DNA of 60,912 nt, filler included, from Candidatus Ancaeobacter aquaticus (GTDB lineage Bacteria; Auribacterota; Ancaeobacteria; Ancaeobacterales; Ancaeobacteraceae), in NCBI GenBank assembly GCA_030765405.1. It is 4 parts of 4 records of this genome, joined end to end, with 100 filler letters (N's around TTAATTAATTAA, not from the genome) between each part and the next. Parts side by side here need not be neighbours in the genome. Positions count along the whole stretch, not along the records: positions 22,364 to 33,765 come from JAVCCP010000020.1; positions 33,866 to 57,778 come from JAVCCP010000027.1; 2 more parts are not named here. The stretch is one strand, 5' to 3'. The notes beneath the pieces were generated by a model, which was not told the origin of the DNA, did not search any database, and saw only the letters and a list, made by a program, of their open reading frames with translations. Shown piece by piece: positions 33,401 through 41,730 of the stretch (the stretch's first letter is position 1; every line of letters starts with the position of its first letter). The position numbers and the translations under genes are program-made.

Positions 33401-33542
33401 GAGGAGCAAGGCAGGCTTTACTGTACGCATTCTGAGGGGCGGCTAAAACAGTGTTTGTGAACATAAAAGCAGCACATACAACAAGCGATATTGCCTTTAC
33501 CGCGATTTTGCGCCTCGCAAGATATGTCTTCATATACCCCAT
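30414..33542 (-). CDS. Large exported multidomain protein: signal peptide, 2H phosphoesterase, DUF218/YdcF-like, HD domain
   Basis: N-terminal K/R-rich then hydrophobic segment; two HMS motifs (FHMSIS, VHMSIG); LVLG...SGG...SEAE...ENQSTNSKEN; LVLHDYG...H...RQHD...ADVY. Start may be ATG 33533. Confidence 0.75.
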   Translation of the reverse strand: MGYMKTYLARRKIAVKAISLVVCAAFMFTNTVLAAPQNAYSKACLAPQSEGQRDGFKEIIGEVRGVVTDRKVAQKQPLAAVPGSINETISAEEVDALPVFKNLEKMMVSDDSVYEKDIIGKIKTIAENYPDLGKRLTGRALLCFNWFKRGLPYSNVFYGDYITSENPQIYLEKLLNVNPEELKTMLNTHFNAGDKNLTDMVILLVRGFNKEVIDELEKLAKDLRDACSEEVLQLNSPENFHMSISTRKRVFIDEILERKDIVKTKNDLLESLKGIEEGEASFTGELELTNNGVIIMRITDGDFTKKILEVRSRLDLDGRFKDWFKPDIVHMSIGRIKSDKYTPEQIIKIKEVINKYNKEGIFGKNLKMTINNFRFGQFDMTAENEHNVFDLKLAEPKSYEQKIIEFLAQRDELPDEPVDLMLVLGNSRIETVEKAVELYNQKKAKMICISGGASKVIGPDNETKLLRKNIMESDYKIDNAEGKSEAEIFKEIMMAKGVPSDVIIIENQSTNSKENILNAKKILEDNNIPHDTVIILQHPVFQRRAKATVDRWFGEKTRSYSYAPFIPQLKTMNEEERDLFIKKALAEFDKFDEYGPNGKGDIAQVKIPPDISDAYLRLSGYGVIFTQIENIINEYAKSDKNAKDNDGDHPVLKKLVPLIRNHHALLDKSKGEELMRIMTAVADKDEDVLKLFEWMLENTPSSYLDIADSWPIGIKTEMKDGAWGKLYFQLKGQGVNTNPINKKEIDRISHIKDMIGGGQDMIRGKYDDLYKSVYQRLGLEDDPRTHPDLTPGLFEEKLKGYSDKKINPIFIEPFYLSLVLHDYGRLLKNKVKISPEIDRPDANQHRISGIYLADDLLEKLGVRTFDREVVKLMIRQHDAFWCLYCLNKYNDYNNFTYPENLLTDIDNTVNKLHEINKKLSKREIRDNLLKLLALVSIADVYSSGDRYLSDSYIKYITRFVDIVSSVDTDPVKELEALIVNTKKIFDEIDNDESLTEEEKIKAKEFWMRNINSAKIGLLKILDMGVPSLNEVQRAYKLLELQA

Positions 33543-33591
33543 CCCCGTAAGATAGTTATAATTATCTGTAAACCCTCAATCAAACATAATA

Positions 33592-33620
33592 ATTATACCT
33601 GAAAGATCCACACTTGTCAA
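33592..33620 (-). promoter_or_regulatory. Perfect-consensus sigma70 promoter of the 1042-aa gene
   Basis: TTGACA-N17-TATAAT on the minus strand. Confidence 0.8.
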
Positions 33621-33765
33621 GGGCACCACAAAAAGTCCACAGCTTTGAAGAATCAAGGGGATTTTTTGCGTATTTCTTTGCAGGGATAAGAGTTCAAGAT
33701 TCAGAGACAAAAAGGTAGTGCAACTTAAATTACAGAATGCTAATACATAGGAGGCACCGGCTAGA

Positions 33766-33865
33766 NNNNNNNNNNNNNNNNNNNNNNNNNNNNNNNNNNN
33801 NNNNNNNNNTTAATTAATTAANNNNNNNNNNNNNNNNNNNNNNNNNNNNNNNNNNNNNNNNNNNN
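33766..33865. other. Artificial contig linker
   Basis: 100 nt of N with central TTAATTAATTAA. Confidence 0.97.
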
Positions 33866-33989
33866 AGATATAATCGTCTTTTGTAATCCAATTTTTTAAG
33901 CGAAATCCTTTCGCGAATATGACCCTTTGTTTAAAAACCTCTAATTAAGCTTAAAATCATACCTTATGCGTATTGTTGCGGAATCGTTG
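33866..33989. mobile_element. End of an unidentified multicopy element (probably an IS), copy 2
   Basis: Identical to 22366-22489; interrupts the PqqD-like gene. Confidence 0.7.
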
Positions 33990-34197
33990 CTTGCATGTAA
34001 GTTATATTGTATATTTCTTTCATATGCCGTATGATATCAGGTACAGATGATTTATTTTCTAAACAGCTAATGATGTTTGCTGCACTGTGATTTACGGTAT
34101 ATACCTCGTGATTTATACAATTAAAGAGAAGTGACCCGGTATCAAAATGAGCTGTTTTAATGTGCTGTTTTAGATCGTAATAATGTGTATGTGGCAT
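33964..34197 (-). pseudogene. PqqD-family (RiPP recognition element-like) protein, C-terminus replaced by repeat sequence
   Basis: LLFN..NHEVYTVNHSAANIISCLENKSSVPDIIRHMKEIYNI resembles the PqqD pattern; the last 7 codons come from the 124-bp repeat. Confidence 0.6.
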
Positions 34198-34255
34198 CCG
34201 TATATTACATCCTATGAGAACAGTTCCTGTCAATAGATATTGAAGAGGAAGTTTT

Positions 34256-35395
34256 ATGGTTTGCAGCCCTGAATTACAATTAATAATCGATTTATGTGCA
34301 CTTCTGAGCAAGAATGTGTTTGATAGTGATTTGCAGGAAAAATGTTCACATACGTATGATTGGGAGCATTTTTTAAGGTGTGCAGCTAGTGAGAATGTAA
34401 GCGGCATTATTTTTTATGTCTTGAAGAAAAGAGGACTATTAGAGAGCATTCCCCAAGAAGTGAGTGAAAAACTCGAACATGAATTTCTTGGCATTAAGTC
34501 AAAAAATCTTCTTCTCATGGATGAACTAAAATCTGTTTCACGTATTTTTGAAGAAGAAAAAATACCCGCACTCATTATAAAAGGAGCAGCCCTCCTTAGC
34601 CTTTGCTATCCTGATAAAGGCATGAGAGTCATGGATGATATTGATATTGTTGTTGGCCAAGAACAATTTGCGTATGTTCAAAACCTTCTGCGCGAGAAAG
34701 GATATAGGCAAAATTCTATCTATAGACATTTGTTCTATGCTCCTTCCGGAATAGTCTTTGATCTGCATGCCGATGCGTTTGATCAGGAAAGAATTCGAAC
34801 AAGAAAATATTATTGCCAATGGGATATGCAAACGATGTTGGCTAGAGCCGTCAGTATTGATGATATGATCTATGTGAAAAATATATCTCCTCCTGATCAG
34901 GTTGTTATCTCATGCATTCATAATGAAAAGCATTCCTATAATTCCCTGCAGCAGTTTATCGATGTTGTGATGCTTCTAGAAAGATATAAGGATGGAATAA
35001 ACTGTGGAACGTTACATGAAAGTATTGATATGCTCGGCGGAAGACGACCGAGCCGTTTTACGCTTGAATTCCTGCGCGATGTTCTTCAGTACAAGAGCCC
35101 GCTTCTTGGTTGTAGCGGTATAAACACAGTGAAACTGTCAGGGTATGAGAAGAAAATACTGAGTATGGTAAAAGAAAGAAGGCGTATTCCTATGCTTGGT
35201 ATTATTATGCCGATTTTTAGTATTGATGGATGTCTAAAGAAACTGTATTATGTAGGTGAAAACGTATTTCCTCGTCCAAAGGTAATGAAAGAAATATACG
35301 GGCTTAGTAGTGGCGTATACCTCATTTATTTCTATCCGTATCGGTTTTTTAGTTTATGTGTACAGGGAGTGAAGGCATTGTGTAAGTGCCTTTGA
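34256..35395 (+). CDS. Uncharacterised nucleotidyltransferase family protein (NTP_transf_5-like)
   Basis: IKGAAL...YP..GMRVMDDIDIVV motif, later DLH. Confidence 0.85.
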   Translation: MVCSPELQLIIDLCALLSKNVFDSDLQEKCSHTYDWEHFLRCAASENVSGIIFYVLKKRGLLESIPQEVSEKLEHEFLGIKSKNLLLMDELKSVSRIFEEEKIPALIIKGAALLSLCYPDKGMRVMDDIDIVVGQEQFAYVQNLLREKGYRQNSIYRHLFYAPSGIVFDLHADAFDQERIRTRKYYCQWDMQTMLARAVSIDDMIYVKNISPPDQVVISCIHNEKHSYNSLQQFIDVVMLLERYKDGINCGTLHESIDMLGGRRPSRFTLEFLRDVLQYKSPLLGCSGINTVKLSGYEKKILSMVKERRRIPMLGIIMPIFSIDGCLKKLYYVGENVFPRPKVMKEIYGLSSGVYLIYFYPYRFFSLCVQGVKALCKCL

Positions 35396-35545
35396 TACAG
35401 AAAACTATGAACTTTTAGTGCGTCATAGGTGCAATAAGAATATTTGTCGGATTGCCTCTTGTCAAACCTTTGGTCTCTTTGTATACTAAGTGCATGCTTA
35501 TTAAAATATATAAATATTAACATAGATACACTAGAAAGGCAGGTT

Positions 35546-37645
35546 ATGTTAGACACGTTATTTTCTCCTCGTTCGGTAGCTATTGTTGGCGCTTCACATG
35601 AAGAGCGCAAGGTCGGGTACGCTGTGATGTATAATATGGTGAATTACGGCTATAAAGGTAAGGTATATCCTGTTAATATCAAGGGCGGTGAACTTATGGG
35701 GCATAAGGTTTACACGTCGTTTGATGAAATAGGTGAGCCGGTTGATCTGGCGGTTTTTGTCATACCTCCAAAACATATTATTAATACGGTTAAAACCGCA
35801 AAACCTGATGCTTTTAAGTCAGTTATTGTCATTAGTGCCGGTTTTAAAGAAACAGGCCCTGAAGGTGTAGAAAAGGAAGATGAATTAAAACAGCTCTTAA
35901 AAGATCGTGGAGTGAGAACACTCGGACCAAATTGTCTGGGGCTTCTTGATACGTCTTCAAAGGTTAATGCCGCGTTTGGTCCCGGAATGCCTCAAGAAGG
36001 GAACATTGCATTTTTCTCTCAATCAGGTGCTTTAGGTACTGCTGTTTTGGATTGGGCAATTAAGGAAAAGATCGGTTTGTCGAAATTTATCAGCCTGGGA
36101 AACAAAATGGACCTGAGCGAGATCGATATGCTTGAAGCGCTTGCTGATGACCCGCACACTGATGTGATCCTCGGCTATGTTGAGGGAATCACTGACGGAA
36201 AACGATTTATAGAAGTAGCGCAAAGAGTATCACAGAAAAAACCTATTATCATTACCAAGTCAGGATCAACATCTGCCGGTGCGCGTGCAATATCTTCTCA
36301 TACCGGTACTCTTGCAGGTTCTGATAATGCGTATAAAGCAGCATTTGATCAGGCGGGTGTTATCCGCGCTCAGAGTATTGAAGAATTGTTTGATTATGCA
36401 TTAGCGTTTTCATATCAGGAAGTGCCGAAAGGCGATAACATTGTTATTCTTACCAATGCCGGTGGTCCGGGAATTATTGCTGCTGATTCAGTTGAAAAAT
36501 CTAAGCTCAATATGGCAAAAATTACAAAGGATGCGGCCCAAAAGCTTACCAAAGTGTTGCCGCCAACTGCAGCTTTGTACAATCCTATAGATATTATTGG
36601 CGATGCACGTGACGACCGCTATAAAAACTCGATGGAAGTTATTTTAGAGGATCCTGATATAGACAGTATTCTTACCATCCTTACTCCGCAGGCAATGAGT
36701 AACGTCAAAGAAATTGCTGAATGTATCGCTGAAGTGAATAAAACTGCCACCAAACCGATATTTACTTCTTTTATCGGCGGGAACCTTGTTGATCAGGGCG
36801 CAGGAATATTGAATGCACACAAAGTGCCGAATTATGCGTATCCCGAACGGGCTGTCAAAGCTATAGAAACTATGTCAGAATATCGCATGATGCGGCAGGG
36901 AAAGTATGCTTTGCCCGAGAAATATTCTGTTGATAAGGCTGTGGTAAGAAAAATCATTGATGGTAATATGAAAAGCGGTGAACCGCAAATATCAGAATCT
37001 GATGCCCGCGAGATATTGATCGCTTACGGTATTCGTGTACCGGAAACTCTTATTGCGCATAAGATTGATGATGCGGTAAAAACTGCCGACAAAATAGGGT
37101 ATCCCGTTGTTTTGAAGATCTTTTCCCCTGACGTTATTCATAAATCAGATGTGGGCGGAGTGAAAGTTAACCTCAAAAATGCTGATGAAGTAAAGGAAGC
37201 CTATAATTCTATCATCTCAAGCGTATCACGCGCCATACCTGATGCACATATCGAGGGAGTGCAGGTAACAAAGATGGTTACCGGTGGGAAAGAAATTATT
37301 ATTGGTGTTACCAAAGATCCGTCATTTGGGTCTCTTATTATGTTTGGTATGGGGGGTATCTATGTTGAGGTGTTAAAGGACGTATCATTTAGAATTGCCC
37401 CATTGACATCTCATGACGCTGAAGTAATGATCCGTGAAATTAAGATGTTTCCTCTACTCAAAGGTGTTCGCGGAGAAAAAGGCGTTGATCTTGAAGCGGT
37501 AAAAGAATCATTGCTCAGGATCAGTCAGCTAGTGTGCGATTTTCCGGAGATCCTCGAAATGGATATAAATCCCTTCAAGGCCTATGAAAAGGGAGCTGAG
37601 TCTATGATCGCTATAGATTCACGTATTACGATCGCGTTAGAATAA
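35546..37645 (+). CDS. Acetate-CoA ligase (ADP-forming), alpha-beta fusion
   Basis: LFSPRSVAIVGAS, GPNCLG, SQSGA, SHTG.LAG (phospho-His), ATP-grasp with HKSDVGGV. Start moved to ATG 35546. Confidence 0.92.
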   Translation: MLDTLFSPRSVAIVGASHEERKVGYAVMYNMVNYGYKGKVYPVNIKGGELMGHKVYTSFDEIGEPVDLAVFVIPPKHIINTVKTAKPDAFKSVIVISAGFKETGPEGVEKEDELKQLLKDRGVRTLGPNCLGLLDTSSKVNAAFGPGMPQEGNIAFFSQSGALGTAVLDWAIKEKIGLSKFISLGNKMDLSEIDMLEALADDPHTDVILGYVEGITDGKRFIEVAQRVSQKKPIIITKSGSTSAGARAISSHTGTLAGSDNAYKAAFDQAGVIRAQSIEELFDYALAFSYQEVPKGDNIVILTNAGGPGIIAADSVEKSKLNMAKITKDAAQKLTKVLPPTAALYNPIDIIGDARDDRYKNSMEVILEDPDIDSILTILTPQAMSNVKEIAECIAEVNKTATKPIFTSFIGGNLVDQGAGILNAHKVPNYAYPERAVKAIETMSEYRMMRQGKYALPEKYSVDKAVVRKIIDGNMKSGEPQISESDAREILIAYGIRVPETLIAHKIDDAVKTADKIGYPVVLKIFSPDVIHKSDVGGVKVNLKNADEVKEAYNSIISSVSRAIPDAHIEGVQVTKMVTGGKEIIIGVTKDPSFGSLIMFGMGGIYVEVLKDVSFRIAPLTSHDAEVMIREIKMFPLLKGVRGEKGVDLEAVKESLLRISQLVCDFPEILEMDINPFKAYEKGAESMIAIDSRITIALE

Positions 37646-37722
37646 ATCCCGTAGAGAATTATGTTCTTCAACGGTTACAAACAAAAACATATTGTACGTA
37701 GGTATGTCATAAAAAAAGAGAG

Positions 37723-38793
37723 GTGGAAGTGAAAGCATTATTTATCGGTTCAACATTAGATTTTTCAGGAAAAAGGCTCGTTGCACTCGGTGTTGCACAA
37801 CATTTTGTAAATAAAGGGTTAAAAGTAGGATATTTTAAACCAATAGGTGTCACGCCGGTTACTCATGAAGGGGTATTAACAGAAGAGGACGCGGTATTTT
37901 TTAAAAAGGAACTGTCCTTAAAGGATGATCTCGCAGATATATGTCCCGTGGTTTTGACATCTGAGATGATGTGCGAGATATATGAAGGTGCCCAGATCGA
38001 TGTGTATACCAAGATATTAAATGCATATAAAAAGATCGCCAGAGACAAGGATATAGTGATAATTGGCGGTACGGGAAGCATCTACTCATGCAGCTTTATT
38101 AGTGCGTCTCAGGTGGATCTTATTAAACTACTTGACGCAAAAGCAATTATTATCGACAGATATGATTATAGTGAGAAGACCATGGTTGATGCATTGACCT
38201 GGACAAAGAGTATTCTCGGTGATGCGCTCCTCGGTGTTGTGATGAACATGATACCGAAGACAAAAGAAAAGCTGTTTCGGTCACATATCGTACCATTTTT
38301 ACAAAAAAAGAATATTGAAACTGTTGGTTTCATGCATGAAGACCCTATTTTGCATTCTCTTTCTGTGAAAGAGATCGTTGCTTCTCTGGATGGAAAAGTA
38401 GTGTGCTGTGAAGATCAGCTTGATAACCTTGTTGAACGTGTTTGCGTTGGTGCGATGACGGTTACAAGCGCACTGAAGTATTTCAAGAACATACACAATA
38501 AGGCTGTCATTACCGGTGGAGATAGAGGGGAGCTTCAGCTTGCAGCTCTTGAAACATCAACGCGATGTTTGATATTAACCGGTGATCTGCAGCCGCACAA
38601 TAATATTGTGATGACGGCAATGGCGAAAAAAGTACCGATTATTGTTGTCCCATATGATACTTTGACGACCGCAGATAAGTTTACGACGGTATTGGGACAT
38701 GTGAGTTTGAAGGGGCAGGATAAGATTGATCGTGCATTATCAATTGTCAATGAATGTGTACAGTTTGATGCTATTGATGCATTTGTGAAGTAA
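37723..38793 (+). CDS. Phosphotransacetylase-family N-terminal (BioD-like + DRTGG) protein
   Basis: SGK, GYFKPIG, ITGGDR motif; no Pta catalytic domain; usual partner of the acetate-CoA ligase. Confidence 0.88.
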   Translation: MEVKALFIGSTLDFSGKRLVALGVAQHFVNKGLKVGYFKPIGVTPVTHEGVLTEEDAVFFKKELSLKDDLADICPVVLTSEMMCEIYEGAQIDVYTKILNAYKKIARDKDIVIIGGTGSIYSCSFISASQVDLIKLLDAKAIIIDRYDYSEKTMVDALTWTKSILGDALLGVVMNMIPKTKEKLFRSHIVPFLQKKNIETVGFMHEDPILHSLSVKEIVASLDGKVVCCEDQLDNLVERVCVGAMTVTSALKYFKNIHNKAVITGGDRGELQLAALETSTRCLILTGDLQPHNNIVMTAMAKKVPIIVVPYDTLTTADKFTTVLGHVSLKGQDKIDRALSIVNECVQFDAIDAFVK

Positions 38794-38809
38794 TTATTGG
38801 AAGGCTCTT

Positions 38810-39313
38810 ATGATTCACGAAATTAGAAGGTATGGTGATCCTGTTCTGAGGGCGAAAGCCGCGCCTATTACAGAGATAACAGATTCGATAAGAGTTCTTG
38901 CTCAGGACATGATAGAAACAATGAGGAATGAACCGGGAGTTGGCTTAGCTGCACCTCAAATCGGCCAGTCTGTTCGGCTTATTGTTTTTGAACTGACAAA
39001 TCTTAACATTGGGTCAACTGCATATATAAATCCTGAGATAATAGAAACACAGGGATCAATACGAGGCGATGAAGGTTGTTTGAGTGTTCCGGGGATTTAT
39101 GAAACGGTTACGCGTTCCCAATGGATAAAGCTAAAAACGCAGACACTTGAAGGAGAGGAAATCATAGCAGAGTATTCTGATATGTCAGCTGTCGTTCTCC
39201 AGCATGAGATAGATCATATCAACGGTATATTGTTCATAGATCATTTAAATTCTCTTAAACGTACATTCTTATCCAAAAAGCTTAAAAAAATAAGCTCTCA
39301 ACCCTATATGTAA
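38810..39313 (+). CDS. def: Peptide deformylase
   Basis: GVGLAAPQIG, EGCLSVP, QHEIDH. Confidence 0.97.
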   Translation: MIHEIRRYGDPVLRAKAAPITEITDSIRVLAQDMIETMRNEPGVGLAAPQIGQSVRLIVFELTNLNIGSTAYINPEIIETQGSIRGDEGCLSVPGIYETVTRSQWIKLKTQTLEGEEIIAEYSDMSAVVLQHEIDHINGILFIDHLNSLKRTFLSKKLKKISSQPYM

Positions 39314-39354
39314 TAAATATCCGCTGTTTTTATCAAAAGAAAGTTATGTAATAA

Positions 39355-40254
39355 ATGACATTTTTAGGGGCACAGATTTTTAAAAGTATATGGCTCAGCA
39401 TAACCAGCTTTCAGTTTTATAAAGACATACTGAGACAGCCATTCTATAAAACCCTGCAGTATTTTTGTGTTGTTGCACTCTTAGCATCACTGTGCATCGG
39501 TCTGCGCTATACGATAACATTAAAAACAGAGCTCAATAAACTTGCGCAGTGGACACTGTCGCATATCCCTGATTTCTCTATACGAGATGGTGCGCTCAAC
39601 TATGCTGATCCTCAGCCACTCTATGTCGAAGAGGGAAATTCCGCTATTATCATCGATCCTTTTGATACGAAAACTACGCTTGATAAGAAGTATGGTATGG
39701 GCGTTTTAGTAAACAGGCAAAAAGTATATATCAGGCTTGATGCACTGAAAGAAAATCATTTTCAGTTTAGTGAAATAAATCTTGCGATACTTGGCGCGAC
39801 ATTTGCAGCTGCAATAATTCAGCCTGATATTGTTGAAAGCGGAGTGCTCAATACCGCGCAAATAAAAGATTTTGTTTTTAATGAACCTAATGTCCATAAG
39901 TGGAAGAAAACCTTTGCTGTCATAAGCATGATATTCTTTCCGCTCTTTTATTTTCTTTATTTTTTAATTGCAAAGCTTATTCAAGCAGCTTTTTTTAGTA
40001 TGGTTATCATTATTTCAAATAAGGCGCTCAAAGAAATAGGTGTTACGTATGAACATATGTTTAATGTGTGTGTCTATGCAGTGACGCCTGTTGCGCTCCT
40101 GATGGTGATAATTGCGTTTGTTGGTATTGTTGTTCCCTATATTGAATTTATTTATTTATTTTTATATGTAGCTTTTTTGTTAGGTGCACTGTCTCAGATT
40201 ATTCCCAAACCAAAAAAAAGTGAGCCAGAAGAAAATACTGATGATTGGATGTGA
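39355..40254 (+). CDS. Membrane protein, DUF1189-like
   Basis: One N-terminal TM, a soluble domain, then a cluster of TM helices; YA.TP motif. Confidence 0.6.
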   Translation: MTFLGAQIFKSIWLSITSFQFYKDILRQPFYKTLQYFCVVALLASLCIGLRYTITLKTELNKLAQWTLSHIPDFSIRDGALNYADPQPLYVEEGNSAIIIDPFDTKTTLDKKYGMGVLVNRQKVYIRLDALKENHFQFSEINLAILGATFAAAIIQPDIVESGVLNTAQIKDFVFNEPNVHKWKKTFAVISMIFFPLFYFLYFLIAKLIQAAFFSMVIIISNKALKEIGVTYEHMFNVCVYAVTPVALLMVIIAFVGIVVPYIEFIYLFLYVAFLLGALSQIIPKPKKSEPEENTDDWM

Positions 40255-40259
40255 GTGGA

Positions 40260-41219
40260 ATGAACATTGTTTTCTTTGGTACACCGGACATTGCCGTTAG
40301 TTGTTTAAACGATATAGCGCTTAGCGCACATACTATTTGCGGTGTTGTTACCGTTTGTGATAGACCTCAGGGTAGACACATGCATGTTACGCCTTCACCG
40401 GTAAAAATGGCTGCCGAGCAGCATGAATATCCTCTCTATCAATTTGAAAATATTAATTCCCCGGAATCTATTGATACATTAAAAAGTCTTAAACCTGATC
40501 TGTTTATCATTGTCTCCTTTGGTAAAATACTCTGTGATGCATTGATTCAGGTCCCGTCTATGGGTGCACTCAATATTCATATGTCATATTTGCCAAAGTT
40601 TCGCGGGGCAACACCGATACAGCGGGCACTTTCTGAAGGATTCACCCGTACGGGAATCACCGTTTTTTATATAGAAAAAAAACTGGATGCCGGAGATATT
40701 GTTTTGCAGGAGTATGTTGATATCGGCAGGTATGATACGTACCAGTCGTTATATGAACGGTTCGCACGTATGAGCGGGCCCTTCGTTCTACGCGCACTTG
40801 ATATGATTGAACGGGGCCAGAGTAAGAGAGTAAAACAAGATGATGTGGATGCTACCTACGCTCATAAATTCAGTAAAGATGAACAGTTAATAACATGGGA
40901 TAAGCCCGCGCGCGATATTTTTAATGTGGTGCGGGCGCTTTACCCGAAACCATGTGCGCATACATATTTCAAGATACATGGTAAATATGAATTGATTAAA
41001 ATACATAAAGTGACATATGATGATATCGTCAATGACGACGCCAGTGCTGTTCCTGGACAGATCATAGACGTTACTAAAAACAACATTGCTGTTAAGACTG
41101 GGCATGGTGTTATCAGCCTGAAAACGCTGCAAGTGCCGGGTAAAAAACCAATGGATGTTTCAACATTTTTAAATGGCTATAAGGTGGCATGTGGGGAACA
41201 ATTTAGAAAAGAGATCTAG
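40260..41219 (+). CDS. fmt: Methionyl-tRNA formyltransferase
   Basis: IVFFGTP, NIH.S.LPKFRGA.PIQ, LDAGD; start probably ATG 40260. Confidence 0.96.
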   Translation: MNIVFFGTPDIAVSCLNDIALSAHTICGVVTVCDRPQGRHMHVTPSPVKMAAEQHEYPLYQFENINSPESIDTLKSLKPDLFIIVSFGKILCDALIQVPSMGALNIHMSYLPKFRGATPIQRALSEGFTRTGITVFYIEKKLDAGDIVLQEYVDIGRYDTYQSLYERFARMSGPFVLRALDMIERGQSKRVKQDDVDATYAHKFSKDEQLITWDKPARDIFNVVRALYPKPCAHTYFKIHGKYELIKIHKVTYDDIVNDDASAVPGQIIDVTKNNIAVKTGHGVISLKTLQVPGKKPMDVSTFLNGYKVACGEQFRKEI

Positions 41220-41709
41220 TTGTATCGAGCGCTATAAACATAAGCTCTCGTTAAACTCAAGAGGGTCATACCTGCAGGAAGCGATTCTTTCTTTCAATAA
41301 CTGGCGTTCATACAGAAGCGCTCATAAATATACCAGTGACCAAATAATTGTATTATGCCCTCATTGTCTGCAGAAAAGTGATTGTCCTCACAAGATTATT
41401 GTAAACGCGGCAAATTGCAAAAAATGCGGAAAATGTTCGGTAAAGGACCTTGTTGAAATAACTGACCGATACGACATTCGGATTCATTTTGTTGCCGGTG
41501 GGCGGGAGGCGGTCCGTATTATCAAAAATCCCGAGACAAAAGCGATTATTGCCGTTGCATGCGGAAAAGAGCTTTTTTTAGGGTTTCTTAAGACATCAGG
41601 AAAACATGTTATTACGGTACACAATGTATGGCCGCACGGCCCATGCAAGGATACCATGGTCGATTATACGGAAGTTGAAGAAGCTATCCAGTTTTTAATA
41701 AAAAAATAA
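41173..41709 (+). CDS. DUF116-family protein
   Basis: LCPHCLQ, C..CGKC, IAVAC..EL, GPCKDT.VD; between fmt and rsmB. Start uncertain. Confidence 0.8.
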   Translation: MAIRWHVGNNLEKRSSCIERYKHKLSLNSRGSYLQEAILSFNNWRSYRSAHKYTSDQIIVLCPHCLQKSDCPHKIIVNAANCKKCGKCSVKDLVEITDRYDIRIHFVAGGREAVRIIKNPETKAIIAVACGKELFLGFLKTSGKHVITVHNVWPHGPCKDTMVDYTEVEEAIQFLIKK

Positions 41710-41730
41710 TACAAACGGGAATACCTATCT

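Noticed and set aside
33964..34407. 147-aa ORF as listed in the track
   Set aside because: Its N-terminal half is antisense to the nucleotidyltransferase; only the part from ATG 34197 looks real.
41173..41219. 47-nt overlap of the DUF116 gene with fmt as a recoding signal
   Set aside because: The start is simply uncertain; no slippery site or other evidence of recoding.
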